Shown here one piece after another: positions 1 to 12,500 of a stretch of 64,000 nt of DNA. Within the stretch, counting starts at the first letter, position 1, and every line of letters starts with the position of its first letter. This DNA comes from Phoronis australis (Eukaryota > Animalia > Phoronida). The notes beneath the pieces are model-generated. The model made no database searches. It saw only the letters and a program-made list of their open reading frames with translations, and was not told where the DNA came from. The DNA is taken from contig NMRA01000269.1 in NCBI GenBank assembly GCA_002633005.1, positions 124,001 to 188,000 of the forward strand. The letters are read 5' to 3'. Both the position numbers and the translations under genes were made by a program.

Positions 1-280
1 TGATTCACAAAATGGTGACAACTAATCATGCCTGAATGGTGTTACATTTTTTTCAATTTTTGTTCTAGGTCGATACTTTTTTATGTTTCTTAAAAAGGTT
101 CCAAGTTACTGGCAGACTTTACTTTTAAGCTGAAGTTGCCAGCGTGATTGTGTACCTGACTGGATAACTGTTATTTGATAATAAGCTGTCAACGCCAAAT
201 TAAGTTTATATTTAATTTTTTAAATTGAAAACTCAGCGTAAAGAAATTGATAATAGTGCACATATTTGCTCTGATTACAG

Positions 281-502
281 CCCCCTCTGGCGCCATCGTT
301 CCCGCTACAGTTAGTGGCAGTTCGAGCACCAACTACATGGTCGAGTTCACACCTAAAGAAGTGGGTCACCATAAGGTCAACATCAAGTACGCCGACGTGA
401 CTGTGGCTGGAAGTCCATTCGATTGCAACGTGTATAATCCGAACCAGGTGAATTGCACCAAGGTGGACTCGACCAAGCTGGGTTCCAGAGTGACTATGGA
501 TA
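281..502 (+). CDS. filamin exon E1
   Basis: ttacag|cc ... a|gtaagt; PSGAIVPATVSG...GSPFDCNVYNP; 222 nt, phase 1-1. Confidence 0.93.
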
Positions 503-3500
503 GTAAGTACTGTACGGTTGAAGTAATAGTGAAATTTCTCCTTGTACGAGACAAAAATTATCTGACAAAGTTCTGTTTTTCTGTCACGACGGCTAATTCT
601 ATAACAGCAAAGATTGGTAATAATTATTAGGGTGGATAAATTCGACAGAATGACTTAGTTACATAGTTACGTACCTTACCTTACTAACTTTTCTGTTAAT
701 TCCCTTTTATTCTCTGTCATATGGGAAGTATAGTCTGAAGGTAAAGTCAGCTTCTGCCCAGAGTCGTCATGACGGATGAATTATGAGTCATTTTGTCTGA
801 CTACTTTTGGCTTGTACTGTATTTACAAGACAATGTGATGGACTAGTGGAATTTTGTTTTCTGGTTTATTTCATGAAAGGCAAGTCACATTGAATAAATT
901 GTCAAATTTACAATGAAAAACCTATTTGTCGCATCGAATAAATGCTTCATCAGTTTTTGGATTCATTCCATGGCTACTGTCAGACGATGTTTTTTAGCAA
1001 TACTGGGAATTCAAAACAATGTCAATTGCCTTTGGAAAATGAAGTTGAAAAAAGACTAATTTTGGCAAATATTTTTGTCTGAGTTGGTGAAAATTCACCG
1101 TACTAAGAAGTTGACCTTTCCTTTCATTTCAGGCTTACAATTATTTAGTTTTATAGTGGTCTTTGGAAGTTGACCTGTCAGTAGAAGATAACTGGCTCAG
1201 CCAGACAAATACAAATCTAAATAAAACATTGTCTTAAATCATGGTCCATCAACCCTCAGGGTTTTGATTCCTGCTTCATGATTTTGGAACTGGCCATAAT
1301 GTTTCAAGTTCAACCTTTAGATTCACAAATCTGTCCAAAGTGTTGACGAGTCATCCCACTGACTTTTTTCACGTGGTATTTTAGATGCTTTATGCCATGA
1401 AATTTCTATCTGATTGATCACCACTTGATTGTTTCTTTCAGTTGACTGCAGAAATGCTGGTGAGGGCGACCTGAGTGCAGAGGTCAGGTGTAATGGAGAG
1501 GGCGTACCTTGTGAGATTGTAGGGAAGGCGGTTGGGGTTTATGAGTTGTCGTTTGTACCCAAAGAGGCCAGCACTCACACTGTGGATGTATCGTTCAATG
1601 ATGAACAAGTGCCCAGTAAGTATCACATTCAATGTATTCTAGTGATTCATAAACAAGTTAGTTATGATTATGAAAACGGGTCGATGTTTGTGAAATTTAG
1701 TAGCACAGCTAGTATGTTTAAGTATTAATGAGATGATGGCACCTGCTGTTATTTTCTTTAATTTGTTGATCACCTTCTGTGCCCTATTAAATACCAAGTG
1801 ATTTTTGCTTTTCAGATGCTCCTATGGCCATAGATGTTGTTGACGATCGACTTGTTACTGTACAGGGTGATGCTGTGCGAAGTGCCGCCATTTTTAAGAA
1901 TTCATCGTTCGTTGTTAACACTAACGGTGCAGAAATGAAAGATCTAAATATTAGGATTGTCAGTAAGTAAACTCACTTTGTTACCTTTCTCGTCCATTTT
2001 GGTTAGTTGGATTGCTTCTTTAGTAATCCATTTGTATCAATAGGATTTGTCTCCCTTGCCTTTACAGCTGAACGACGCACTTTTCAATTCTTCCCTATTC
2101 TTAGTGAAGTATTCAGTGAAAAAAACTGCATGTGTTGTCATCGACAATCTATATGGCTCATGAAAAATAGGGTTTTCCAAAATACATTTTTGCTCTGTTA
2201 AGATCTTAGTCACCACATGTAACAGCTGAGAGTCTCATATTGCAAAATGAACATGATGCAACCTAAGACTTACACTATTATCACCGGTTTGAGTAGGCTA
2301 CTCATTAAAAGGAAGAAAAAATTGAAATAAATGACTTGACTCGTTTGGCAACTTATATTTCAATTTCATCCGCTTAATGCGTATGGGGGTGAAATCACAT
2401 ATTCTGTCATCTACTGAACAAAGGCTTGTGGTGTGCTCAAGAATTTCAACAGACTCGACTGGTTGTACTGGCCAGTGGGGTCGGTCTGTCACAAGTTACA
2501 TTATATAGGTACTCAAGACAGTTGCTGGTAACTGTGAAATTACTTTTCGTTTCAATATTTTGAAGCCTGTTTAGCTTATATTTTGCTGTATTGTTTGGTA
2601 TTTAAGCCTCGACATGTAAAAATGAATTTAATGTTTTTCAACTACGAGAAGTTTAAACCTCTCATGTTCCTGACGTTATGTTTTCTGCACAGGTCCTTCC
2701 CAGAAGGAGGTGCCCATCTATCTCACCCACAGCGGGGGTGTTTACCGCGTCGAATTCACCCCAGCTGAGGTGGGAGGCCACCATATTCACGTCAACATTG
2801 GGAGTCATCCCATCCAGGGCAGCCCATTCACTTGCTACGTTTATGATGTGGCCAAAGTCAATGTTGACATGTCGCAGTCCTCAGGAATTCTGGGAAAACA
2901 GATGTCCTTTACTGGTAAGTCAGTCAAAACTGTGTCCCAAGTTCCTGTGTGTACTCTTTATGGTATAGTAGTCAAAATTATGTGAATATGTGCAGGAGGC
3001 CTAAGTGCAAAAAATGTGTCATTAGTCCAAAGTTTGCTGTTTTCATTGCAGCTTTTGCATCACTCAATTTATCTTTGGTAATCCCGAGTGTAGCTTTTTT
3101 GAGATATGAAATTTTTTCAGGGTTACAGGGTGGTATTCAGCTCGTGGTATTTGACGCAATTTTGGATGGCTGCATGTAACTGGAATGCGTAGATGTTTCT
3201 CCATCAAAATCCAACTCCCTACCTCAACTCAATTCAGGATTTTAAATTAGTTGGAAATTTAAGTAAGCATGTCGTCTTTGGATATTTAAATGCTTATTTC
3301 CATTCTGCCTTGTAGAAGTGAAACATATTGTCCTTACTGCTGGTAGTTTTAAAGTTCATCTTTGTGTATTCCAGTGGATGCCTCCGAGGCTGGCCAGGGA
3401 GATATAGATGTCGAAGTCAACTGCAACAATCGACTTGTGCGAGTGTCGCGGGAGAACTTGGGTGACAACCGTCATCGATACTCCTTCATTCCAGAAGAAG

Positions 3501-6500
3501 CCGGTCTGCACACCATTGATGTCACCTACAATTATGAGAAAGTGAAAGGTATCGCTTGTTACTTGCGCATCTAAAGTAGTTTTGAAAGGAAACCTGACAG
3601 TTTTGACATGTTTTACCACTTTTTGTCTATTAGAAATAGCTTGGACACGTGGTAAAATCTATCCAATTTTGTCCAAAGATAACTGTCAGAATTTTTTTTC
3701 ATCGCTGGGAATATCGCTGTTTCTCAAACATTGTCTGCTGCTGGTTATGGTGAAGAACTTGAAAATGATAAAGTATTTTTGCAAAAATGAAAGATTAAAG
3801 ATTATTGTTCCCCGTTATTGTGTCTTAAGTTTGGGAAAGAGCGAGGGTTGTGCAGTAACACCGGTTTACGGAATATTATGCACAGAATAACTTTAGAACT
3901 ATAATCTGACGTTCTTCTTGCCAGAATGACCTTGATGACAAATTTAAGAAATGAGGACCTTTCAGTTTTTATCGTTAAACATTAAATTATTATCATGAGG
4001 AGTAACGTGACCAATAAAGTACTCCTGACATGTTGTAGGATCTCCCTTCTCGATCAACATCATTGATCCTAACCCGCCGATTCCGTTCATCCATGATGTA
4101 CGCCAAGAGAATGCCGTCTATCGCTCCAGCTCCTATGACATCGTCGACAACCCTATCTACCAGTCAGCTGGCAGCACTGTTGTTGAGACCAGGACACATC
4201 GTTCTAACCTTCAGGATTTGTCAGCGTTCTTAATCTCCTTGGGTGGCACACAGTATAACATAAATGATCTTCAGCTGGTGGTCACAGGTTGTGGTCCTAT
4301 TGTATCTGTCTTCCACACTTTTTAACTTGCCTGCTTAGAATTAAAAAGAATACAATGAGAATAGTTATATCAACCTTCATGAAGTCCTTTCACAATTCTT
4401 CAGCCATTAAAACAATCCCGTGAGTCTTTTTGATTGCTGATGTCTCCGTTGTGTTAAGGAAAATCTCAACTCAGAGACAATGTTTGCCCGGCCATATACC
4501 ATAAAGTAAGTTTACAAAAATTTGATGTCAATCAACCCACACATTAAAAGGAAAACCTGTGTTAAATCCTACTAAAAGCATCGAAAATGAAAAGTCCTAA
4601 AATGGCCGATAAAGATTTGTCATGTAGTTGAAATCTACAGAAACTTTGTCGACTAGTTTGCATATTTGGTGCATAAATGATGCAGTGAAAGAAATTTTGT
4701 GGATGGCAATGGAAAGAAATTGCAGTTATATATATTTTTTTAAATTTCCATGAAGGTTAACAATTTCCCATAAATTTTTGAAATTTTTAATAATAGCAAC
4801 AGTACTGAAAGAGACGCTTACCACTGATTTTCAACTTTTTATGACACAATGACTTTCATTTCTTACGCTCATAAATCAAAAGTCTGGGGTCATTGAATTT
4901 TGTGTCCACTTTTAGATACAACACTAAAAATTATATTTCATAGCAATTCATGTCATTTTGAAAGAATATCAAGAATAAATTTTGGTTAGCCTGGCTTAGG
5001 AAGTTTTTAACTATATCTTTGCAAGAAGTAAGAATATTCTTGAATAAGGTATATTATGTTTATTGTCCAATATTCAATCATTCTTTAAACGAGGTTGCTC
5101 TCATTCAAGTTAGATCTTTCAACAAGCTTGACATGACGTCAAACTTGATGGATCATTCGGACTTCGCCTTTAACTAATTCAAAGACTGACACAACATCAG
5201 GCGCAGCATCAGGTGTTGTGGCGCTAGTTGTCTTGAGGGTTGTGACTAAGTAGGACGGAGTAAGTCGTTGGTCGTACGCCATCTCAGTGTAAGTGTAGTG
5301 TTCGTGTATCACCTTCTTTGTCTCTCTTTCTTTCCCCCTTTGTGATGTGAGTCATGTGACTGAGGTGTGCGAGTGGTTGCTTTTAGTGTTGAAATACATG
5401 GCTGAACCCGACGCAAGTAGACGTGATTTGTTAATTCACGAGTAAGGGTCGCTGTTATTCAGTGTTGATATTTCAATGTTTTAGCTCCAAATGGCGAGCA
5501 GGTTCCTGCCAAAATCCTTAAGGCACCAAACGGGGAGTATAAAGTGGAGTACTCAACGACTCATGTTGGTATGTACGGACTGGTCTCAATTGATACCAAT
5601 TATATTTCTCATATTCAGTAGCCTTTTGGCCCATTTCACAAATGAAACGTGTTACAAAACATAGTGTGACCCTTGAATAACGAGCTGTGTACTTTTCCCG
5701 GTATAGGTATTTTCGACAGGATTTTTTCTTCCTTGTGTTTCGTTATCATATTAAAGCAGTGGAAAATGTTGGATTTAGTTAGCAAATGCTGTTATGCAAA
5801 TAGACTTCTGTTGTTGCCTTCTGATGAAAGTTATTTAGGGGTGTAGGGACACTTATCAGCCGTACTCGAGATGTAGTCTTAGCACAGACCAGATAACATT
5901 TTGTGCCTCATCACATACAAGTGATAACGGAAAAAGACACTATGGACAATCTCTCAGTAACGGTGATTTCATATATGTGATTTTTTCCAGGTCGTCACAC
6001 TATCGACATCTACTACAATGGTCAAAGAATTGGCGGTAGTCCATACTTTGTTGACGTGTTTGACCCTCAGCGTGTGCGAGTGGATCAGGAGTACTCCAGG
6101 CAGGCATTTGTCAACCAGGAAACTGGACTTAGAGGTGAGGGCATTGGCAGTGCGTGTTCGAGTTGGTTTTGAACGTAGTGCAGTTGCTTTGTTCATGTAC
6201 TATTCCGCTGGAAGGAGTCTATCCCTTGTCGTGAAAATAGAGGAATTATTGAATAAGGTCAACTTCATTTCCAGGCATCGATTAATATCGAGATATCACA
6301 TGATAGAGGGAACATCTGGGCAATGGAGCTACATCTGTTGTGCCTAAAAAAACAAAATTTCCTATTAATGTATTACAATGTATTTAACAATATCAGTTGT
6401 TTTGATTGTAGGTCACTTAGGGTTGTCTTTTATGCAATTTCTGTAAAGATCCATACAGTGAATTTGCTACTGGCAATTAAATGTTGTCATTGTGCAGTTT

Positions 6501-9500
6501 ACGTCAACGTTTATGTAGTAGAAATACAGTTAGATAGTAGTAGTTAACAGAGCCACTGATCTGTCTAGTCAGTTGTGATAATACACCACCCTCTCTTTTT
6601 CCCCCTCTTGTTCCCTGGGCACATCAGATATCGACGAAGCTATTGCAGAAATTGACAGAGTAGACGACTCTACACCCGGAGGTAGATGCTGTGTAGTGGA
6701 GTTTTGCTTCAATCACAATGTGGTAGTTTGGAAATAGTGTCGTATTTGACTCTCATTTGAATTGCACAGCTTTTAGCTTGGAATGATGTTCTGCTTTGAA
6801 GCTATCCACGAAGGCTCATATCAGTCTAGTCCACTATTCCTTTGTGTATGACTACACATCGCTTTCCCAGCCTTCTTATTGGTCTATTGTTACCACATGA
6901 CCTGAGTTTGGTCAGCTCTTGGCTCTCATAGGCCGATGATTGTCACGTGTCCTTAGGCATTCTCTTTCTTACTATAATCTCGCGTTTCAGTACACCTTCT
7001 TAGTTACAGCCACATTGACGTACGTTCTAAAACTTGTACATTTTCCCACCCTTTTCCATCCCTATTTTCAGCATTTTTCATGCCTCCACTTGCCCCTCTT
7101 ACCAAAGATTATTATGTTTTATTACTTGTAATTGTTAGTCATAATAAATGACCTTATTTCACCTACCTCAGTCTCCATTTCATCTCTGATAACAAGCTTG
7201 TGATGCACGTATCATTTATATATTATTCGGGACATATGTCGATCTTAAGTATGTTATTAGTTGGTTTGATATTGACTACATAACGTACAATAACCACATT
7301 GGATTTCTGCATTCAACTGAAAATAATTGTCATTATTGAGAGACACGACCTGAATATACCTTGAGGCCATTTCTATTTTCAGGTGTTCAAAACTATAATA
7401 TTTAACCATTTTAAAAAGCTGGCCCAAGTCTTAACTCAAACTGAGAAGATATCTTGACGTGATGCAGACGATAAAAACGACTTGTAACTTGTTACGGCTT
7501 CATTGCAGTGTTTTCCCAGGAGGCGGGTCGAGCTGACCTGACGGCCATGGTTTACAGCCCTTCGGGTCAGGTGGTCCCTCACCAGATACTGGAGACAACC
7601 AACGGTACCAGGATTGCATACAACCCTGCCGAGTACGGCATATACAAGATCTACGCATATTATGGCGGTGTGGAAGTACCAGGTACTGGAGTATAAGGGC
7701 ACGACTTGCTTTGGTAGGACAGGACTTAGGATTATAAATAAAAATCAGACAAATTGATGATTAATGACTTCGTAAAGTACAGTATATGCCAAAAGTATTC
7801 AGACAGAACTACCCAGAATTCCCTGTCATGGCGGCTGGGCAGAAGTCCAATTCATCATCAGAGTACCTTTCCACATGTCTGATAATGAAAGCGAGTTAAC
7901 AGGAAAGTTGGTAAGGTGTTTAGCCATTCCGCTATAAGAATTTTGCTGCCCTAATTGCCCGTTAGCAGTCGTTTTTGCTGTTAACAGAATTGCAGCTGTC
8001 ATGAGGGGAAGCGATCTTTTGTCATAACTTCTGCCACGTAATACGTTCATTACTAAACGTCAATTTGGTCTATTTACACAAAGCTATTGCCTATTTACAT
8101 TGGTTTGGCAAAAGAGTGTTCATCATTAACCTCTAACAGTGCTCTGTTGAATGTTATAACTCTTAAAAATGGCTAGATGTTGGTGTAAATGGAACTGTTA
8201 CAATAGAATTTAAGTTGATTGCAATCAGGGATGACCAATGTTGAGGAAAAGGTGTCTTGAGGTATCATTAGTAATTATTTCCCCTGTCACAATTATAGCT
8301 ATTCAACCAGTCCAGTGCTTCGACTTTCCTGGGCATCATGCAGTGTTTTGGTTGACCTTCAGATTACCTGTGTTTGTGTGCAGAAAGTAGGCAGCTTCAT
8401 CTAAGTTGATTTGATTCTTATTTTAATGTACAGCTGTAAAGTTTTTGTTTTGTTATTTTCTTTCGATAAACAATATCGGTTGTTTTCCCCCGTGATGATT
8501 ATTAGTTTTAGAACAGCTTATTGTATAATGCATGAGTGTCACTTTGTCACGGAATTTTATTCAGTTTGATTTTGTTTGGGGAATTTGATTATTATTAATT
8601 CCATACTTTGTCATATTAGTTCATTTTTACTCAAATGATCTTTGCCTTGATGAAGGCAAAGACTTTGAAGAGGTGCCATTTTGTTTGGAAAATGACTATA
8701 CAAAACAGTAATAACAAAAATTGTATATTTGTAAAGTCGAGATATTAAAAAGTTATTAAACATCCTATAAGATTTCTACTAATGTTCAACCTTGAGCTGT
8801 TCATTTGTTCAATGTCTCAATGATACCAATAAGTCGTAATTTTGTAAAATGCCTAACGACAAAAATTGGAACTCAGAATCTAATCAAAATGGGTCTTGGC
8901 CTATCAATAAGGAAATCGGTTGCTACTGCATCGTTATTCAATTACAGTTCGATTAATCATTGCCCTCTTAGTGTTGACCTTTCAATTATAACAGTACTAT
9001 TTTTCTAATACACGCAGGGATGCCGCTGTTGTTAGATCTATAAACCATGCTATTATCTTCCTTTCATTAGGGTGCCCCATCGTGCAGGAGATCCGCGCCA
9101 ACCAGGCCAACATCACAGCCCATGGTGACGGCCTCGTGATAGCTGAGGAAGGAAGTCCCGCCACATTCTATGTCGACTCTCATGGCGCCCCTGGCGATCT
9201 CTTCGTTGAAGTTGGAAGTAGGTTTTCTTGCATTAATCTCATGCACGTATCAGGTTTTTTAATTATTTTTGCAATGGATGTAAAAAGGTGTCATGTGGCT
9301 GGAGCACAGGCACACCAAACTCAATCTCAGAGTTTCCAAGCTCCTCTTAAGGTTATGCATGACCCTAACGTTCCAATTTGCCTTACTTTGGAACATCGTA
9401 TCTGAGAAATGGCAGATCGGTCCTATTATATCCTTAGCATTTTGTTAATTTAAAGGAATTAGGGATGGGGGGAACACTGGTAACTTTTGCCAGAAACATG

Positions 9501-12500
9501 CCTCGAATGTGACACTGTCCATGGGGTGTTTACTAAGATTGTGTAATGCTGAATTGGTTGCTGGTTCCCGTTTGGTTATTATCCAGCTTGCACTGAGAAC
9601 AACCTTGGTCTGACTAGGTCATGGGTGAATTAAACACATCATTAAATCCAAACTCTAGACTCGTGACTTCATAAGAGTGGGTGAAACATTTTATACTTTG
9701 ACTATTTTCACTCAGTTATGAATTTTAGTCAAACTTTATTCATGGCAGAAGCTAAGTTCAAAACGTCTTGAGATATCTCAACTTTTTTTTAATTTCTAGC
9801 TTCCAACTCTCTCGCTAAGTGTAACATCGTACAGGAGAGGGAAGGGTATTATCGAGTCACTTATACACCTGTCGAATGTGGCGTCTACGATGTACAGATA
9901 AAGTGGAATGACAGAGAAATCAATGGTAAACCTTAGCTGCAAAGCAATAATCTTCAAAAAAATTGTGCTTCTTGCGTTCTTGTTGATGCCTGTATAAAAT
10001 ACTGAAACTAAAGCGAAATTGTATGCAGTACAGGTCGTAAGTAATCAGACAAAATACCGTTTTTCAATCATGGCCCAAAGTTTGTTAACAGCAAAAATGA
10101 CTGGTAATTACAGAATGGCTTAGCTACCTTTCTGACTTAATTCATTATGGACGCTTTCTCTAACAATGAAGTAAGCTTCCGCCCAGTTGTCATGACTGCA
10201 AATTGCGAGTCATTTTGTCTGAATACTTTTCGCTTGTAGTGTACATCAGTCTTGATAAATTGAGAGAATCAAAATTCCTGTTTTGAACACTTCCTGCCCT
10301 TGGTGGATATCATCAGTTATAAAAAAATTTGGAAATGAATTTGATATCGTGTAATAAGTAGACTACGTTTTTGCTCTGGGTCAGTGAGTTGAGAACACTG
10401 TAAAAATAGTCTTTTTTGAGACCGCATGTCTGTGGTTTTGATCCATTTGAGAACATTAATATTAATTAAGGGGATTGTCAGGTATGGAAATGTTGTTATA
10501 AGAAAAAAATCTAGTCCTTCAAAACATAGCCTGTTTATGACAAAAATTGAATGTAATGTCCTAAATTGGAGAATTCTATTACCAATCATTTGTGGTATAA
10601 CCTTCACTGTTTCCCAGGAAGTCCTTTCCATCCGCAAGTCATTGACACTCGTCGCGTTGCGGTGGTGGGCGGCTGGCATAGCGTGATGGACACTGAGAAC
10701 AGAGTTCACCTAGTGCATAACGAAACTAAGAGGATCGTGATGGACACGACTACTGCTGGACCGGGCAGTCTGGAGGTCACGGCTACTGGACCTGATGGGC
10801 GTCAGATACCGGTCAACATCCATCAGCAGAATGATGGCAAAACGGTGATCACTTTCACACCTGTACAGACAGGTAAAGTCACGTTTTTACAATTTGGTTT
10901 TTCATCGGTGCAACGTGGAGCATCGTTTTCGTTGTTGTACAACGGTACTGTTCCCAGTGTCTGCACTGAGAGTTGTAGTTGTTCGAGGCCCCAACACTGT
11001 TTTAGCCAATGCGTTGATATTAAGCAGAGCATTTATTCATGCAATTGTGCAGTTCCAGTTATTTGAATGAGGGTTAGCCGTCCTAACTACGCTTCATGAT
11101 AAAATGGCAATAGACCTAAAGGAACACAACTCTGCTGTATAATCCTCACCAGCCCTCAAATCCTTAGGACAAGTTTGAAAGTTACTAGCAAAGTTAGGGT
11201 GAGGGACTTGGGATTGGCCTGGCAGTTAGCGTGACGGACATGGCAGTTATTGTGGCAGACCTGACAGTTGGCGTGACACACCTCCCAGTTAGCGTGACAT
11301 TTCTAGCAATTAGCATGACATATGTGGCAGTTACCGTGACGTACCTGGCAGTTTGTGTGATGGACCTGTCAGTTGACGTGACTGACCTGGCAGTTGGCAT
11401 GACGGACTTAGCAGTTAGCGTGACGGACATGGAGGTCACATTAAGTTAGGGTAAAGTCTGACATGCAGTCTGATCACAGGGCACGCTTTTTGCCAAATTA
11501 AGAACTTCTTGGAGCTGAATACTGAAGGTGCTAATATTCAATACCAGGCTGGTGGCAAAATAAATTCTGTGAAGTAGCCAAAACAGCTTTTTAGTATCCT
11601 TTTTAATTTCAATTTCGACTGGTAGTCTCAGTAGTTATAACTCTACCTTTTTAATTAGATCGTGTACCAATATTTCATTGCTTAATATTTTGTTGCTTCT
11701 GAGGATAAGTTTGGATGTTTTCATGTAGTGCGAGTGGAGCTAATCCTAGTTGTCTCTAGGCATTAAAGTTTATTTTTCTCCTCCCAGGTGAGCACCGGCT
11801 CAGTGTGTTGTGGTGTAAACGTCACATTCCTGGCTCTCCATTCCTATGTTATTGCCATGCTGTCAAACCAGCTGTTGATCACACTAAGGTCATTCTCACT
11901 GGCAAAGGATTGGTGGAGGCTAAGGTCAATGAAGAGGCAGAGTTCACCATCGACGGGTCACAGGCAGGAGAAGGTGAGGAATTTTACGTTGATTTATACA
12001 GTTTGTAGACTACTTGCAAGTTTCCAAACTTTGCAGAAAAGTGGGACAAAATCAACATTTTGTTGCTGTACCTCACATAAAGTCTATAGCCCTGCACAAG
12101 GAGAATGAACAATACTCAATATGCCAGCTTTGAAATACCAAGTTAGCACCACGACTGCAAGAGAAGTAGGACATAAATCCAACGTGCTTCATATCTCACA
12201 CAAACTGTATTTTGTTTGTGATTGAGTGATAGTGTTTGAAAAGCATATCACTTTCCAGTTGAGTGTTATAAACAATCTACAGAAATCACATTTACTGTAC
12301 TCATATGCAGAGGTTAATTCTGTGAACAGCAACCATTACTTCTGAATCAATGTGTTTTATGTATTTCATTGTGTTGTTGTTACTTTTTTATGTTATTCAA
12401 AACAATGTCATATCAATGGGTGTTGTAAATGAGTGGACGATGATCTCTAATGGTGACCTCTAGTCCCTGAATTCTTACTATATCTAACCAAAATTATCAC

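Noticed and set aside
4455-5010. Possible TTAA-flanked MITE in intron 6
   Set aside because: Could not find matching terminal inverted repeats
11194-11449. Periodic ORFs on both strands (MTSMSVTLTA..., MTDMAVIVAD...) and CRISPR-like periodicity
   Set aside because: Translation of a 21-bp intronic minisatellite; no unique spacers, no cas genes, eukaryotic context
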